DNA of 27,731 nucleotides from a virus (lineage: Duplodnaviria; Caudoviricetes): IMG/VR virus record IMGVR_UViG_3300037462_000123, positions 1-27,731 of that record; one strand, 5' to 3'. Under the pieces are notes generated by a model. The model was not told where the DNA came from, made no database searches, and saw nothing but the letters and a program-made list of their open reading frames with translations. The translations under genes and the position numbers were made by a program. Below are positions 26,949 to 27,731 of this stretch, in pieces (position 1 is the stretch's first letter; the number at the start of each line of letters is the position of its first letter).

Positions 26949-27259
26949 CGCAGTTGTGCGTTCTCGGCGCGGAGGCGTTCCAGTTCTTCCGCTGTCATTG
27001 GAAACCACACTTCCAAATCGCTGTTCTCGCGCCAGTGCCGCCCAGTCTTTCGGTCAATCTCATCGTGCGCCCAGCCTTCCAGCAACAATCGCTCGCACTC
27101 GGCCCAATGGTCTTCGTCCAGCAGTTCGCCAAGCCGTGCGCCAAGTTTCTGCAACGGGTGGCCCATCGGTGGCAATTCCGGCAATCCTTCATCGGCTCCC
27201 ATTTCGTTCATCCAGTCCTCGTAGCTGTATCGGTCGTTAGGGTCTGCAAACGGTCGCAT
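26909..27259 (-). CDS. Cassette 2 ORF, phage-like hypothetical protein (116 aa)
   Basis: RBS GAGG before ATG 27259; coiled-coil end EELERLRAENAQLR; reads through into attC1 (HNAELSGPGRRR*). Confidence 0.75.
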   Translation of the reverse strand: MRPFADPNDRYSYEDWMNEMGADEGLPELPPMGHPLQKLGARLGELLDEDHWAECERLLLEGWAHDEIDRKTGRHWRENSDLEVWFPMTAEELERLRAENAQLRHNAELSGPGRRR

Positions 27260-27279
27260 GTCATTTCCTCGTGTCAGCG

Positions 27280-27339
27280 GCATAACAATTCATTCAAGCC
27301 GACGCCGCTTCGCGGCGCGGCTTAACTCAGGCGTTAGAT
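27280..27339 (+). repeat. attC site 2 (60 bp, aadA-family-like)
   Basis: GCATAAC AATTC ATTCAAGC CGACGCCGCTTCGCGGCGCG GCTTAAC TCAGGC GTTAGAT. Confidence 0.97.
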
Positions 27340-27526
27340 TGCAGAGAAGAACGCGCGCACGAGGCCGGCTTCCTGCCTGCTTCCCGTCCCCGCGTGGGCT
27401 CCAGTAGCGCTGTAGGAGTCGAGTGCTGCAAGGCCCGCTCTCGCGCGCGGTCCCCGTCTATCCGTGAGTGTTCGCATCGGGAGTCTCACCCTAGCGGCCG
27501 GTTCTGCGCACGCGCTCATCGCTGCA

Positions 27527-27613
27527 ATCTAACCCTGCGTTGGAGCGGACGGCCCACGGCCGTCCTTGGTTGTTGAAGTGTTGAGCGGGCCGCCGCTCAA
27601 CTCCACGTTAGGC
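27527..27613 (+). repeat. attC site 3 (87 bp)
   Basis: R'' ATCTAAC-5 nt-L'' GTTGGAGC ... L' GCTCAAC-5 nt-R' GTTAGGC; one extra base in L''; stem GG.CGGCCC / GGGCCGCC. Confidence 0.9.
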
Positions 27614-27617
27614 CCCA

Positions 27618-27731
27618 TCAATCCCAACCGCGCTCAGGCAGCGGGCCTCTGGCATAGGCGGCTTCGTTCTGCCGTATCTCTTCCAAGTGCTTGAGCCAAT
27701 CCGTGTCGCTCCAACCGACCGGTGTCGGTGG
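27618..27731 (-). CDS. Cassette 4 ORF, 3' end only
   Basis: Manual translation PPTPVGWSDTDWLKHLEEIRQNEAAYARGPLPERGWD*; stop lies just inside the GTTAGGC core. Confidence 0.6.
   Translation of the reverse strand, partial: PPTPVGWSDTDWLKHLEEIRQNEAAYARGPLPERGWD

Larger units (their letters stand above)
26391..27731 (+). mobile_element. Integron-type gene cassette array (three complete cassettes: 26391-26942, 26943-27333, 27334-27607; a fourth partial), no intI in window
   Basis: Three canonical attC sites; the left core of each cassette is the exact reverse complement of its own R''. Confidence 0.9.

Noticed and set aside
26042-27325. Plus-strand ORFs across the cassette region (187, 277, 126 and 94 aa) as intI or sense cassette genes
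   Set aside because: No tyrosine-recombinase R-H-R-Y motifs and no RBS; the longer ones run across cassette junctions; the minus-strand ORFs have RBSs and protein-like composition
26847-27613. CRISPR array or REP/terminator interpretation of the palindromes
   Set aside because: The palindromes differ in sequence and length, are separated by gene-sized segments, and carry attC box architecture

Overview
GC-rich, P22/APSE-like podovirus (phage or prophage) segment, probably from a beta- or gamma-proteobacterial host. Almost everything up to ~26.1 kb is on the + strand. In order: replication genes (SF4 primase-helicase C-terminus, O-like initiator with internal iterons), a nin-like region (HNH, RusA, small ORFs), terminase small and large subunits, P22-type portal, scaffold and coat, extra virion genes, gp4- and gp10-like tail proteins, a tail fibre, a cupin-SET fusion, three DNA-ejection proteins, a C1q-tipped tailspike, and a lysis region with several holin-like genes, a complete type IVa pilin gene and a GH24 lysozyme. 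The main surprise is at the right end (26.36-27.73 kb): an integron-type cassette array. It has an attI-like site, three complete attC sites (one very close to the aadA-family attC), and core sites that match cassette by cassette. All credible cassette ORFs are small phage-like genes in the reverse orientation to normal integron cassettes. No intI gene lies in the window, and the array runs off the end. Protein family calls come from motif recognition only; no database searches were run.
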